Shown: piece by piece, positions 1-13,361 of the stretch
How positions within the stretch are numbered: position 1 is the stretch's first letter
Layout of the letters: the number at the start of each line of letters is the position of its first letter
NCBI GenBank assembly: GCA_043228905.1
Contig: JBHGNT010000017.1
Coordinates: 15,500,001-15,564,000, forward strand
Origin: Azolla caroliniana
Taxonomy: Eukaryota > Plantae > Polypodiophyta
Reading direction: 5' to 3'
DNA length: 64,000 nt
Notes under the pieces: generated by a model
What the model saw: the letters and a program-made list of their open reading frames with translations, nothing else
Database searches by the model: none
Told to the model about the DNA's origin: nothing
Made by a program: the position numbers and the translations under genes

Positions 1-1872
1 ATATTGTCGATTGGTGCTGGTCACTCTCCACCCATTTCTTGAAGATCCATTGCCTGTGGCAACCTGTTGCTGCCCCCGATTTGGCATTGACCCCATGCTA
101 CTGCTATTTTGTTGCCTATCCACTAGATTACCAATTCAACTGATTTGTCGCAGCCACATTGGCTGATTGCCCCACCCTAGTTGCTGCTATCCTACCTCTG
201 TCAATGACTGGTCTATTGTATAGACCCTCCAAAGTTTAAGCCTTGCTTTCTCCACTGTCCAACCAAAACCACAACTAAGTCGCCTATCAATACCAACACC
301 TTATCCATCCCAGTATGCCCCCGTTTGCTCATGTCTGAAGGAAGCAATGAAGAGGCAGGCATCAATTTTTGAGAAATTTATTATTTTATCTTGTTTGGAT
401 CTATTTGCCTAATGGTCAAGGCCCTTTGATTGTTTAACGATGGAGTTTTGGTTTTTCCATGTAAATACGTTGTCCCATGGGTGCCACAGTATTGGCTATC
501 CAAGGGGGGACATGTAAATTGGGTTGCAAGGTTAAAATGTAAGCTCACTACGCAAGGTAATGTAATATGAAGACCACCAACAATGCTTAAGACATCTGTG
601 CTGCCTTAGTTTTAATACCAAGTAATTTCGATAAACGATTAAGCTTGAAAGACCTATAGGATTCAACTTCTCGGTGTAATAATCAATCGTATCTATCACA
701 AATTTTTGGTGAGTAACTTCGGTTACAATCGTTTTGTAAAGAAGTAAACATTGAGAAATCGATGAGGATACTTCTCGTTATTCTGAGTGATTTTGTTGAC
801 ACTAGTACCAACACCACCTAGTAGTTCGCTTCTTGTTTTTGATACACCGCAAATCGATTTATCTAAGTCATACTTTAGTTTTAAAGATACTCTCCCGAAA
901 GAGGAGAAAGAGGAATCTCTGATTGTATCTAGCCATCCATGCACATTAGACTGGACATCCCTATACTCATCAATTTGAAATGCAAAATATCCACACTCTA
1001 TGTTAGCTTTCCATTCCAATAATCTTTCTTCAATTGCAATTCTTGTTACACCAGTTGATTGCTAGAACTCAAGAGGCATAGGGGGCGTTGTTGGACAACA
1101 ATAGAACCACAACAGCTCATCAACAGAGAACTTTCAGTTGATCTTAGTTCATAATCTTAAGTTCTTAGATATCTAGATTCTTCAGTAACCATGCCTACTT
1201 AAATTTGTTTTGAGTGTTTTTTTAAAGATGATCAAACATGTTAAGATGCAATATCTGGCTTGCTCACATCGGCCATTTTGGCGTCTTAAAAGACATTATT
1301 ATAGGTTTCTCTATCACCACACTTTGTATCCTTGCTTTATAATTTTCTTTTCAATGCCTAATGCTAGTTCATTTTGTATGCATGAAATATCACATAATAA
1401 TTATGTTGTCAATTTTAATGTTGTTCTCTCTCTCTCTCTCTTAACTATTCAATTTCGCTGTGTTTGCTTTGACACCAAATGTATTCTTATCCACGTACGA
1501 ATCAAGGAAAAGAAAGGCAAATAAAGTTTGAAAATTCAGTATGAAATCTTAGCTCATGTTCCTTAGAAACTGAAATTTAATCATTTCAATAAAATTATTG
1601 AAATCTATAATCTAATCTCTTAATATCTCTAATAACCTTGTATTCTTGAATTAGGCTAAGCTCTAATAAGCTTGCATGCAAAATGCGGACGGTAGGACTT
1701 AAATGTGTGTGTGTATTTGTGTGCGCTGAATTATTTTGGAGGACCTTTTCCAACTTGAAGCCAAGAATGACTTGGTATCAAGGTTAACTAAAAAGGTGAG
1801 ATTGTAACTTCCAAGCATATAATGATAGTATAGAGTTGTTTAGCAGTGTGGAATTCATGCTTGATGCAAATA

Positions 1873-2124
1873 TCAATCGGTGAAATTGCGTAATGCTATT
1901 CCTGGGGATGAAGCATTTGGGAATGGTTTCACGTTCTCAGTTGGAGGAACGGTCTCCCATATCAATTCTGACGGTAATTTTGGGATTCCATAAAGCTGAA
2001 ACCTATAGAATAGGCACGTTGGGAATTTAACATTTTTGAGGGTGACAGTTCCATATACACCCATGAAAATGCCTGTTCCTCCAGTCAGGCAAAGGACCGT
2101 GTCTTCATAGTCGGTGTAAGGTCC
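1873..2124 (-). CDS. AOC: AOC last exon
   Basis: tagcag|GGA CCT TAC ... to the stop at 1873; 252 nt; encodes TGGTGIF and NFTD*. Confidence 0.93.
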   Translation of the reverse strand, partial: GPYTDYEDTVLCLTGGTGIFMGVYGTVTLKNVKFPTCLFYRFQLYGIPKLPSELIWETVPPTENVKPFPNASSPGIALRNFTD

Positions 2125-3040
2125 CTGCTATTTTCACTCCATACATTAATAACTAAGAGTATTATTTAGATATAACAAAAAATAGAAGTTCAACATTTAG
2201 TTAAGAAAATGTAATTAGCTAGAATGCCCATCTTCTTAGTTTACCCCAATTTCTAAAATGCCACAAACTACGTTTGAAATTAGTTTATACGTAGTTGAAT
2301 CTATGGTGTTTATTTGTTTTATCTTTTGCTCATTAAAATTCGTAACTTTGGAAAATTTGATTTGACCTTGCAAAATTAAAATGGTTTGTTGCCTATTAGA
2401 AGCTAATTTGCAATTGATAATATTGGTATCTCATTTTTGGCATGTAATAATTAACAATTTGGTTTTAATCTTGTGTTTATCTAAGTGAATTCGTCAAATT
2501 AATAAGGGAATTATGATGAACTAGGAGTGACATGTTGGGGTTCTTGATAAACTAGAAACACATTTTTTATACCTCTACTGTAAAGAACATTGCAGCATAA
2601 TTTCTACCTGAACAGATATGTGCCCCAAGTCTCCAAAGTAGAAACTGTACGTGGCCTCATATAAACACCCACCCTTTTCTTGGTTATATCGAATAACCAT
2701 GCACAATCCAGCTGTTATTCCCAGTCTCTTCTTTAAGGACCCAGAAAAGAGCTGCATTGACATATAAAGTATTGAGAAATCCAAGATGTGGAAAACTAAG
2801 CATATTATTGCTTACAAACCTCTTTCATTAAAATTCAGCTATGTAACCTCTAGATAAAATAAAAATATTATGTGCATGTGGTTCATGTATTTACCTTATT
2901 TGTAAAAGGAACTATCATGCCTAGACCGCTGACTAGTTTTAGCCTTTGCATATCAAAACCAGGTTTATTGAAAGGTAATATCAGTGGACTGCCACGATCT
3001 TGCTCATTGAACTCATAAACTGTCAATTCTTGTGCTTCAT
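1873..3040 (-). CDS. AOC: Allene oxide cyclase (oxylipin/OPDA biosynthesis); three 3' exons join(2895..3040,2608..2751,1873..2124), 5' exon not located
   Basis: The spliced translation is [18 protein letters not shown]...GMIVPFTNK|[17 protein letters not shown]...[18 protein letters not shown]|[25 protein letters not shown]...PKLPSEL...NFTD*, the AOC signature. The GT-AG introns 2752-2894 and 2125-2607 keep the frame. An acceptor CAG at 3041-3043 opens the first visible exon in phase 1. Confidence 0.93.
2608..2751 (-). CDS. AOC: AOC middle exon
   Basis: atgcag|CTC TTT TCT ... GTT CAG|gtagaa; 144 nt; encodes GITAGLC and [13 protein letters not shown]. Confidence 0.93.
2895..3040 (-). CDS. AOC: AOC exon carrying the catalytic YE-x-N-x5-SP motif
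   Basis: tttacag|AT GAA GCA ... AAT AAG|gtaaat; encodes [12 protein letters not shown] and PFTNK. Confidence 0.9.
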
Positions 3041-6000
3041 CTGTAAAATCTCTTTCAAAGATTAAAAACAGGAAATGGTGGGGAATAAGCAATATATAAG
3101 TTAGCTAAATTATAAATAGCATGTGTATATGATACACACACACACACATATAATGTTGATAGGAAACTTGATAAGGTTTATGGGACTAGGCTGATTGGGC
3201 CCATGGTGACGATAGAACTTGGGTTGTGTCAAATTTATATATTTGATGCTATGGTGTAAACCATTGATAGTTAGAGAGATCTTTTTAACATCTATGGGAG
3301 ATTGATTGCAATCTATGGGACAAGGCCTAGTCCATGGTGAGGGTCAAAATTTGATTCTCTCAATTTTATGACTTTGATGCTACGGCATAAGCCACCAAGG
3401 CAATGACTAGAGAGAAGACAATAGATTTTTTATTGTCCTCGAGGAGGCCAATTGTGACCTATGGAACCAAATTAACATATTATCTTTTATGTGACTCCTT
3501 AAGAAAGGGGGTCAGTCCTTTGAGTGAAAACTCTATGTGAAAGCAATGCGATCACATATGTGCTCACCCTTCTTGGTGGACATTTGAGTATGACACTTGA
3601 CACTCATGCCTATCTAACAAGTCATCATGTTTCTCATGAATTATTCAATTCACTGAGCATGCTATCAATAACCTATATTTATCATCCACTAGGTTTTCAT
3701 TGCATACGTTGCATACCTTCACATTTGGGTGATGATGCCATCATGCCATCATGCCATCATGCCACCTCAACACCTAACTGGTGTGAGTGGGTTTGAATGA
3801 GTGTTAAGGCTCTCTGAGAGAAAAGGCTCATGGGGGTTTAGTGAGATGCGATTGGATACTTTCTGACATTTTTATCTTGTATTGGGGCCAACACTTGCTT
3901 CACTTGGGAGTCAAAGAGGTGAGAGATGTAGTTGAGTCCCGATCTCAGAGATTTTTGAATTTTGTTGGAGCACAATGATTATTGTGCATCACACACAATT
4001 ATGGGTCTATGTGGCAGCAAATACGTAGCATAACATTGATGCAATGGTTTTTACTTGTATGAATGAAAGAGCAACCATGGGTTGTTTGGTGTTTAAAAGG
4101 TCAAGCACAATTTCTATGAGTAAGTCTATTGTAAGATTTCTTTGTTGAGTCTCCTTTGATGGCTAGCATGTAAGGCTGAACATGAATAGAAGGTATGCAT
4201 TCCTGATTATAGACGGTGGTAGATCTTGAAATGTAATTGACATCCTAAATTGCTACTTATTGCAAAAGTCTTCAGTTGGATAGTATCATTGGGTGTTTAC
4301 CTTTGGGATTATTGCTGAAGAGATGTGGACTAGCAAGATGCAATTACTTGTTTGCAATGTTCAAGGGGAAGATAATGCTCATCATTTCATACAATGTGAG
4401 CTTGCTTGTCAAATTTGGGGTTACATTTCTCAAAATTGGCAAGTTTTTGCATGTTATTTGACACCAAGATAGTGGGTGTTCATACAATTCATACAAGTTG
4501 ACCTAAGATTGAAGATGTAGTTTGTTTTCCTCTTTTTGAGATATTGGGGATTGTGTCGTAATCGGGATGTGCAAAATGCTTTTGTGTTTGATGGTAAGTT
4601 AAACCATGGAGTTGAAGTTAGTGGTCAATGATTGACACCCTTGAAGAGAGTTCTCATCAATGTAAGTGATATTAAACATTGAAAAGAGAAATTTGAACTT
4701 ACCATCTTGATGCCTTCTTGTGAAGTTGGCTGTATTAGTGGTGTTATCAACTGATGCTGTGATGGTTGTTGAACTATTTCCTTTAAGTGTAATTGTTAGT
4801 GTCGATATTTTCCGAATGAAGGGCATTCTTGTTGAATTGCGTGTAAGGTGAGTTGCCCCTCCATATGGAGACCTGAAAATATTTGAAGATAAGAAAATAG
4901 TACTAAAAGCAATGTTAGCTATTTTTAGTTGCTTCAATTCTTGAATTCATTGGTTTCTTGTTTTCTCTTATCGGGGTCGTTTATGCCACCTAGGAGATGG
5001 TATGATGGTTTATTGTCAATCACAAATGTAGAAGGATTATACATAAAAATATAATAGTTTTAAATATGGTAAAATATCAATTTGATTACATGGCAAAAGG
5101 AACTTCTTTGTGTAACATGTGGAAGACTTATTGATCCTTTGCTTTTGGGTAGAGAGGGGAAGGAAGATTTTCTAAATGCATTACTCATATTAAATAACTT
5201 TGTATTGATTGCGAGGTGAATAAAGATCCATAGACTTACAAGGAGAATGAAGGCAAGGAAGCCCGAATGTGAGAATTGTTGAACGCAACTTGAGGAATGT
5301 GAGAAGGAACAAATGGATTGTTGGGGGTAGTTATTGCCATAGTTATTGATGTTTGATGAAATATGTAATCTAGAGAGTTTTTATTATTGCCCTTGTAGGG
5401 TGAATATTACAACCTAGAAAAGGAGGGGGAGAGATGGGTGGAAGGATGGCAATGAAATATGCGTATGCTCTTTTATACTATAGTACTAATAGAAAATGAG
5501 AAATTTGATGTTAGATAGTGGTGTGGGAGATGTTTATCTCGAGATGCTATTTTATAAGGAAGCTCCATGTTACTGCTAAAACTGAATCTGATTTAGACCA
5601 CATGCTCTATTCTTGGCTATTTAAAAACACATCCATCTCTCCTTTCAACCATAGAAATTATGTGTATTTGGAAAATCCCAACTTTTTTGATGTTGATTCC
5701 CACTTCCAAAAAAACAAAAGGATTGTTGTTGCTTGAACTTCTTATTCCCTCTCCCTCGCCCCCAAAAAACATTGGTAAAATCTTTGTTTAAGACTTTTGT
5801 TGTAAAACTTTTTTTTTGTTCCCTCCAATTGATGCGAATCCATGATGAGATTTTTAAGTTAGAACAATGATCCAGGGATCTTGCTTCCATTGTTCCGTAC
5901 TGATTAAAACACGTGACAATTGTCTTTTTTTTATTTAGTTCTTACATGACTTTTTTGTTTAATTAGGTCTTTTTTGTTCTCTCTCCAAGTGTACGCATTA

Positions 6001-6549
6001 GACAAAAGTGTTCGAATTTATTGCTTGCTCTTTCATAATAATTGTTGTGGTTGGTATCTCATTATCTACTGTGCATTCCATTCCCAAATACTTTGTGGTA
6101 CGTGTCTTAACTTGTACTCAATAACAATAATTGTACAAGTTGTACCTCACAAGCAACCTTCATATCAGAAATTGTAACTTATATTAGAAGGTCAAGCTCC
6201 TAGAAGTGGCTTAGTATGGACAATTTGATTATAGCTAATGTTATCCCAAGTCATCACTTGGCTTCACTAAGAACTTCATTTGGCTTGGATGAAATGGTCG
6301 TCTTAGTTTGTGAGCTTTTACTTATGATCTTAATTATGTTAGGTTCTTTTTTAAGATATAGTCTAGAAACATTATTAAAAGTTAATTCTTTGGTAAAGAA
6401 ATACCTCGAGTTCATAACTATTATTCTATCTTGTCATTATAACTTATTGTATTGAATATTGCTAACAATAGGGGTTGCTTTATCATGGTCTAGTAGTATG
6501 ATTATAGAATTGCATTCATTACTCAATGTGACCATTGCATAGGTGAGTC

Positions 6550-8250
6550 AAATGTTTAGGACCTTAGTAAAATAAAGGATTTATCTACAACATATTAGCT
6601 GTCCCAAAGACATCATTGATGTGCATCTCGTGTATTGAATTTGCTAGTAAATAATCAATGTCTCCATGGTTCATCTGGCCCACCAAGTTTAGAATAGATA
6701 AAAGATAAAGTGGATAGTGATCACCAAATATGATTGTACAATGTGAGGTATATGAACGTGGTTTGCATAGTTTTGATTGCCATGATCCACCTAGGCAAAA
6801 TAAAAACATTTTGCATGGTTACCAAACCACCCTTCATCATTCTATTGAATCTAGATTTAGGAATTTTGTCTCAAGGTGCAGAGGCACAATTACCTTAATT
6901 GAACGAGAATCACAACTTAGTCCAATCCATTGAGAAAGATGACTTCATGCTTGGATGTAGGGATTAGAGAAGTATTAGCGTGAGATTATTAAAGAATGTG
7001 AAAAGATTAAGGAGAATGCTCTAAATTTAACAAAAATGACATCTACAAAGGCATTAAAAAAAGGCTAAAAGCATTTGGTATGGTACTCACATTGTTTTGG
7101 CACATAAGGGCTCCCTCTTTAATTTCCTTCTCCCTTGTTTCTCCACTTCTTCATTGTCCCCTTCTTCTTTGTTTCCTTGGTTAGCAATATCCTTGCTTAT
7201 GTTGAAATGTGTTGGGGTGTTTGGTATGAAAAGTGCTTAACATCCCCCTTGTCCAAATAGTAGGTATGCACTCTCAATTGCATAAGGGAGTCAAGAGTCC
7301 AACTCATAAGGGTTAAAAGTATTTTGTTGGGGGAAGGGAGTTGAGGATGTTGGCTAGGGAGGGTGAGGTGAGATATGCTGCCCAAGTCAGGGCAATTGAG
7401 GGTTTCTTATGGGAGGTTGGAGGGGGACAATACCGGGGTTGGGGTTGGGGTTGGGGTTGGGGTTGGGTGGGTAGGGTAGTGGTATTGGGGAGGTGTCTTT
7501 GATGTTGATGGGAGGTAAAGTGATTGATTGCATGAAGTTGGTGGTTTGAAAAAACTTGAGACGGTGATGAGTGCTAGTATTGGAAAGGCATGGAGTGAAA
7601 AAATACAACTTGGTGTTTGGTCGAAAGCAACATAGGCAGGTATAAAGGACATGCCAATCATTGTCTCAAAATCATGTTGGTAAGATGAGGGCAAAACAAC
7701 ATGGTTCTATAGGCCCTTCTATCAATTGACACATGAATTCGTTATTTAGGTTGAGGAGGAGCCCCAGGGTGGGTGATTGTGGTAATGAAGGTGGAAATAG
7801 ATGGTTGTTTGCATGACGATTAGAGATACTTGGGTATCTCATGCTAAAATTGCACATGATTTGGAGCATCAAAACATTCATTCAACAAATGATGTGAGCC
7901 AATTAAAGAGGAGGGGTGGGTAATATTTTCTAGGTGGGGAAGAAGAAGAACTAAAACCATTTTCATTGAGAAGGAAAATATGGAGTTGTATTGCACTTGA
8001 CATTTTCCTTCTAAAATGAGAAGAAGAACTAAAGAGGAAAATAAGCGTGAGGTTGAAACTATTTCTAAAATTTGAGACCATTGGTGGGTTGATAACTTTT
8101 TTGGGGAGTTTTTCTAGCTTTATCATCACATTAGAGTTTGATAGTAAGCAAGATTATATGTGCAATCTCTTTGAACTTAACTTTTCATCAACCAAATTAT
8201 TGACATTAAATCAAGAAAACCAAATATTGCTTGGAGATTTAGAGTAACTA
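6550..8250 (-). mobile_element. Probable degenerate LINE (L1-like) ORF1/AP-endonuclease remnant
   Basis: Minus-strand fragments resemble APE motifs (SRF(N)R ~ SRLDR; GDHYPL ~ SDHxP) downstream of a Pro-rich ORF1-like stretch. Heavily decayed; boundaries approximate. Confidence 0.35.
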
Positions 8251-8339
8251 AATGTCAAAGTATGCACACAAATATGACGTGCTATTGAAAATACTCTTCA
8301 ACTAAAGCAACTATCTTATCTTTGAGTTAATAAAATTCA

Positions 8340-9500
8340 AGTTTTCCACAAGGAATCAAAGATTATCCTACAAGGAAAGTTTCATGAATTTGAAGGATCA
8401 AGTGCGCATTGTCATCTAGATGCATGCCAACATATATCCAATGGATGCAACTCAAGTTGGGTTGGTAGGAATACTACTGACAAGTACAACACTTTCCCTC
8501 GTAATAAGATTTTGATGGTTTCATCAAGGAATTCCAAGAAAGTTTTGGCAATACAAATAATGCAAGAATGACATTCAATACGATTCAAAGATTCAAATAG
8601 GAAGATCACCATGCCTCGGCTTATGCTGTAGATTTTTGCCTCCTTGAATTTGACATTCCCTAGGATGAAGAGGTATTAATGGATCAATTTTGTTATGGGC
8701 TAAACAATATATATTGAATGAGTTACTTTTAACTTTCTAGGTCCAAAATAACAAATGATTGCTATTAGTCGAGTAGTACGATGTGATAACTGACTATTTG
8801 AGCAACATTCAAAACAACAAATATTATGGTCAAAACTAATGCATTTGTGGTAGCAAGTCCACCTTCAACCTTTACACAAGCACCTAACACAATTATAAAG
8901 GGTGCCCCACTCCTAGCAATGGGCACGGTTTCGGCTCAAACCGAACCGAACCATTAAACCATGGTTTAATGGTTTATTGGTTCTAAAAAAATTAATGGTT
9001 TGGTTTGGTTTGGATTCTTGATAAACGGTTCGGTTTCGGTTCTAAAACTCGGGTTTATAGGTTTACAGGTTTGGTTTAAAGGTTTATAAGTTTTTGGTTA
9101 ACTTTTTTTTTTTTTACCTTAATAGTTTATTGATGTAATGGTTTAATTAATGGTTTTTTATTGATTTAATAAATTTAACTTAAATGCGTATTTAATTTAA
9201 TGTATTTTTGTTTCTTTGGATGTTTAACTAGTTTGACTGAAGTGATAGGTTTAAAATTTTTATTAAATGGTTCGGTTCGGTTTCAACTTTTCCCTAAACG
9301 GTTTGGTTTTTACCTTTTCTTAAATGGTTTGGTTTAAATACTGAGAGTTCATAAACAGTTTGGTTTGGTTTTGTTTTAAATAAACGGTTTGGTTTCTTTG
9401 CCTTGAAACCGAACCGAACCAAAACCGAACTGTGCCCATTGCTACCCACTCCAATGGAGATAGATGCGACACGTTGTCAAGGGTCATTGACTAAAGATGC
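8340..9500 (+). pseudogene. Degenerate Ty3/gypsy gag remnant, interrupted by the MITE
   Basis: Broken frames read ...YAVDFCLLEFDIP*DEEVLMDQFCYGL... and, after the MITE, PTPMEIDATRCQGSLT. These are typical retrotransposon-gag motifs. Confidence 0.55.
8914..9444. mobile_element. hAT-superfamily MITE (531 bp)
   Basis: TIRs TAGCAATGGGCAC / GTGCCCATTGCTA; perfect 8-bp TSD CCCACTCC (8906-8913, 9445-9452); many subterminal AAACCG/CGGTTT motifs. Confidence 0.92.
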
Positions 9501-11089
9501 AAACTATGTATATTATTGTTAAAGCCAAACAAATTAATCAAACAAAACGTAAAGAAATATAGACCAAAGAAAGGAAAGAGGGGTGTCAAACCACCTAAAC
9601 ACCCCCTAGCAACGGCGTGAGACAGATCTGTACCTCCTCGATGTCCCACACCATCAAGGGTTGATGCAAGTCGTACCTTGGGTTTTGTGAGGAACGCACA
9701 TGCTTAACTAACAAGCGCCATAATGGCACTATCATAGTCTCAACATGAGTCAAGCCTCCCCTCAATAAGAGGGTAGTTAGCCTCTTTATATAGGCAGAAA
9801 CCCTAGGCCTTAGTGTGTTCACACTTAATTGCATTATTTTAAGTGGTCACATGATCACTGATAACACACTGAATAGTTATCCCACACCATGGAACTGAAT
9901 ATTACAATTTATACCGTCGTTCCATTCCTAATTAACTTGCATGTACTCATCATAAGATTAAGAAAACATATGGAAAACTTATCTCATGATCAGTTATGGT
10001 TATGCACATAACGATTATATTCTCGATGTGGCCTAGGACATATAGGGATTAATTTTCATGATTAACCCATATGTCAAGTTAACCAAGTAAGTGTTATTGC
10101 TAAAATTAATCTTGATTTTCCAATTACATCTTGCAATCTTAGCAGCCATTTTTTTGGACATCTAGAATTTATGGAATTTGTCCAATCTAATGTTCCATTC
10201 CGTTGACTTGCATCAATAGTGTTTTTGCATCACAAGTTAAACTTAGTACTTCTAGCTATTATCTAGACATTGTCTCTATTTTGTTAGATTTAACATCTAC
10301 ACTTGCATCATGAAATTTTTTTCCTTGACCCAAAATTACCTTGTCCAACATCTGTCACATTCATAGATGGTTGGGCTACTTGCACACTTGTATTCTCATG
10401 ATAATGAGATTAACTAGTACATGCACCCTCCTTCCCTTGACCTTACACACACTATCAAAGGTGATAATGTGGGGTAGGTTGGCTAGGTTTCACCTTAGAT
10501 GACCTCATATGCACTAAAGAAGATGGAATCCTTGAAGTAAAAAATGTGAACAAAGGGATTGATATCTTGTTAGAACCATTGGCCAATGTCAAACACCTTG
10601 AATGTTAGTTATGATCAAAACTTCCATTGGAGCATGATAAACTCCTCAAATAGCTTGCAAAAATGAGTCTCCTCCTTGAATATCTGATAGCAAGGTAGAG
10701 ATGTTTAATGTGGAAATAGCTAAGGCATGTGAGTGCCACAAGCATACCACCACATTCACATACACCAATACTAGGCTTAACTTTGCTAGATCTTTACTAG
10801 AACTACACCCTAAGTAGGTTGTTAGGGTTCCATGCACAATTTCACCCACTATCCTACTCCAAGAACTACCAATTGCCTATGATTGCAGTTGCCTCACAAA
10901 ACTTGAATATGTTTATATGAATGATTTTGAGGTCAAGGGTCAATAATGAGAAAAGGAAAAAGAGATTAAAGAGAACAATGTATTTATAACAATGCTTAAT
11001 TACACTAATCACCTATGAGTGACAGACGTGAGACAAACGTAAAATAACACTAAGGTTCCAACGAATATTACCTTATGTTATTCATTAGT

Positions 11090-11447
11090 TGTTGAAATAA
11101 TAAATATGAAGAAGAGAGTATTGGGCTAAAAGTCCCACCCTACCCATTGTATTCTTAGTGTGAACATGTCCTCAAAAGTTAGGCCTTAGTTAACCTAACT
11201 AATATGAGGAACTGAATCTTGTATCAATGTTCAGAGGGATTTGAATAGGAACTATCTCTTGAATTCTTTAACTGTATAACTGTCTCTCATCTTTTTTCTT
11301 GTATTATCCTGTTGTTGTGATTGAACAATGCACCATATATTCACCTATTACTTGTTTTCCAACTCCATATTATTCCGCATAAGTCAGCATATCATCATAC
11401 AGTAGTTGACCCAGACATACTTAGTGTCAACAAATTGGTATTAGAGC
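11090..11447 (+). mobile_element. LTR plus tRNA-iMet PBS of a truncated LTR element
   Basis: TGTTGA...TCAACA (11090-11432) followed by TGGTATTAGAGC (11436-11447). Confidence 0.55.
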
Positions 11448-12463
11448 AGATTGAAGTTTTGCAGCAACAACACAAGAAGAAGGAAAACAAATTGAAGGAA
11501 AGGACCAGGTTAGGTACTTGTCGAATATGGGTGCATAATGGATGTATTCACATTGTCCCATTTGGACATAGTAGGTTAGGACATATTTACTACGAAGCCA
11601 AAGGGCATTTGCCCTAGTTCAGTTATTATATAACTGAGTTTGTAAACTAGTTCATGGTGCTGCCATTCATTCTATTGTAACATTTGAATAATACAGTTAC
11701 AGTTCGTGCCTTTGACTCTCTCTCTCTCTCGCTCACTTTGTCTTGATCTTGTATTCTGATTAAGTTGTCTTGCAACACTCAACTTTAATATGCCCATCTT
11801 GTTAACCTATCATCAACTTGTGGTTCTTCAACATGTAAGTCTTGTTTCTGGTTCCACACTAATGGTCTAACATCCAACATCTGGTATTAGAGCTAGGTTC
11901 TTCAATCTACTGCCGGCCATCACTCATCTTCAACAACATCTTCGATCATAACCCCTTGAGGACCTCCAGTTGATCTAACTCTTCGAACATATCCCAAATT
12001 TTAGTCGGATTGAAATCTTTCGATCGACAACTAACAAGATCGCATCTTGAGCAGAGAAACTTACCGATTCATACTTCATTGAGCTATAGGCCAAACAGCT
12101 ATATACTTTCTTCTCGAGGTCGTAGTCGCTTGGAGTGGAATCATGATGCCATTGAAATCATCCATGCTCCACCTGGCTAGGAAATATTCGGGAAGACTGG
12201 TCGGTTCTGTCCCTATACTCCCCATAGTCACTTGGCGCAAGATCAACATCTTGATTGGCACCACTTGCACTTAATCCATAATCAGCAATTCAATAAGCAA
12301 ATCCCTGTCAAATTTGACTAGGAAAAACTTGGAATAGACCCGTTGGCGCTACTCCATTCGGCTATAGTTCGTGTCCGACTTGACTAGAACAAATGAGGGT
12401 GAACCAGTTGGTTGCACCCACCTATTTCTCATCGTCACCTCCGGACAGAACTCCCAACCAACA

Positions 12464-13056
12464 TGTAAAGAATCAAGAGATGGATTCTTGTGAAGCGGAA
12501 GAGATATGAGTTATGTGTGTGTATGAGAGAGAGAGAGAGAGAGAGTGAAAGAGAGACAAGGAATAAGACATAGTGAATACGCAAGGTAAAAGTATATTAA
12601 CAAAGGAGAAAGACCAACATTATACAAGGTGGGAGGAGGGTGCTTTATGTAGTCACCCTCTCTCTTCATTAACTACAAGCCTCATGGAGCATGGGAAATG
12701 TTAAAGCTCATAAGTTATGTGTCATAGAATATGATTCTATGTCTCATACTAAATGCTAGAATACAAAGTGGTGACATAATGGTGACTCTTGACCGTTGGA
12801 GTGTCTCTTCACTCTCATAAAAGGTGGGAGGAGGGTGCTTTATGTAGTCACCCTCTCTCTTCATTAACTACAAGCCTCATGGAGCATGGGAAATGTTAAA
12901 GCTCATAAGTTATGTGTCATAGAATATGATTCTATGTCTCATACTAAATGCTAGAATACAAAGTGGTGACATAATGGTGACTCTTGACCGTTGGAGTGTC
13001 TCTTCACTCTCAAGGTGAGTTCACACACTAGACCAAGTTGAGCTTGATTCTCAACA
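12464..13056 (-). repeat. 3' LTR of A with an internal 195-bp tandem duplication
   Basis: 12626-12817 is repeated at 12821-13012; the partner LTR (397 bp) has one copy. Confidence 0.92.
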
Positions 13057-13361
13057 CGCCCCCTGAAGCTCAAGTCGGGTCGGTTTCAGACGGTATCCGA
13101 AATCCGCTTCAACTCGCGTTCCGGAGTCCGCGTCGACTCGCGTCAGCTCGCTTTATGCGGAGTTGCGGAATCCGTGCTCCAGCTTGCGTTGTGCGTAGTT
13201 ACAAAGTCTGTGCTTCGGCTTGCGTGCGTAGTTGCGAAGTTTGTGCTTCGGCTTGCGTCTTTCTTCGCGGCTTTGCACGGTAGATCGGTTCTTCGCTGCT
13301 ACATTGCGTGGTTGCGGAATCCACGCGTTATTGCGTAGTGCGCGGTTGCGGAATCTATGCG

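Noticed and set aside
3700-5400. Possible decayed DNA-transposon coding region or further AOC exon
   Set aside because: No recognisable motif, TIR or splice pattern could be supported by eye.
7434-7470. (GGGGTT)n telomere-like or G4 repeat
   Set aside because: Only ~5 units, not the plant TTTAGGG repeat; it looks like a Pro-Asn microsatellite within a decayed element.
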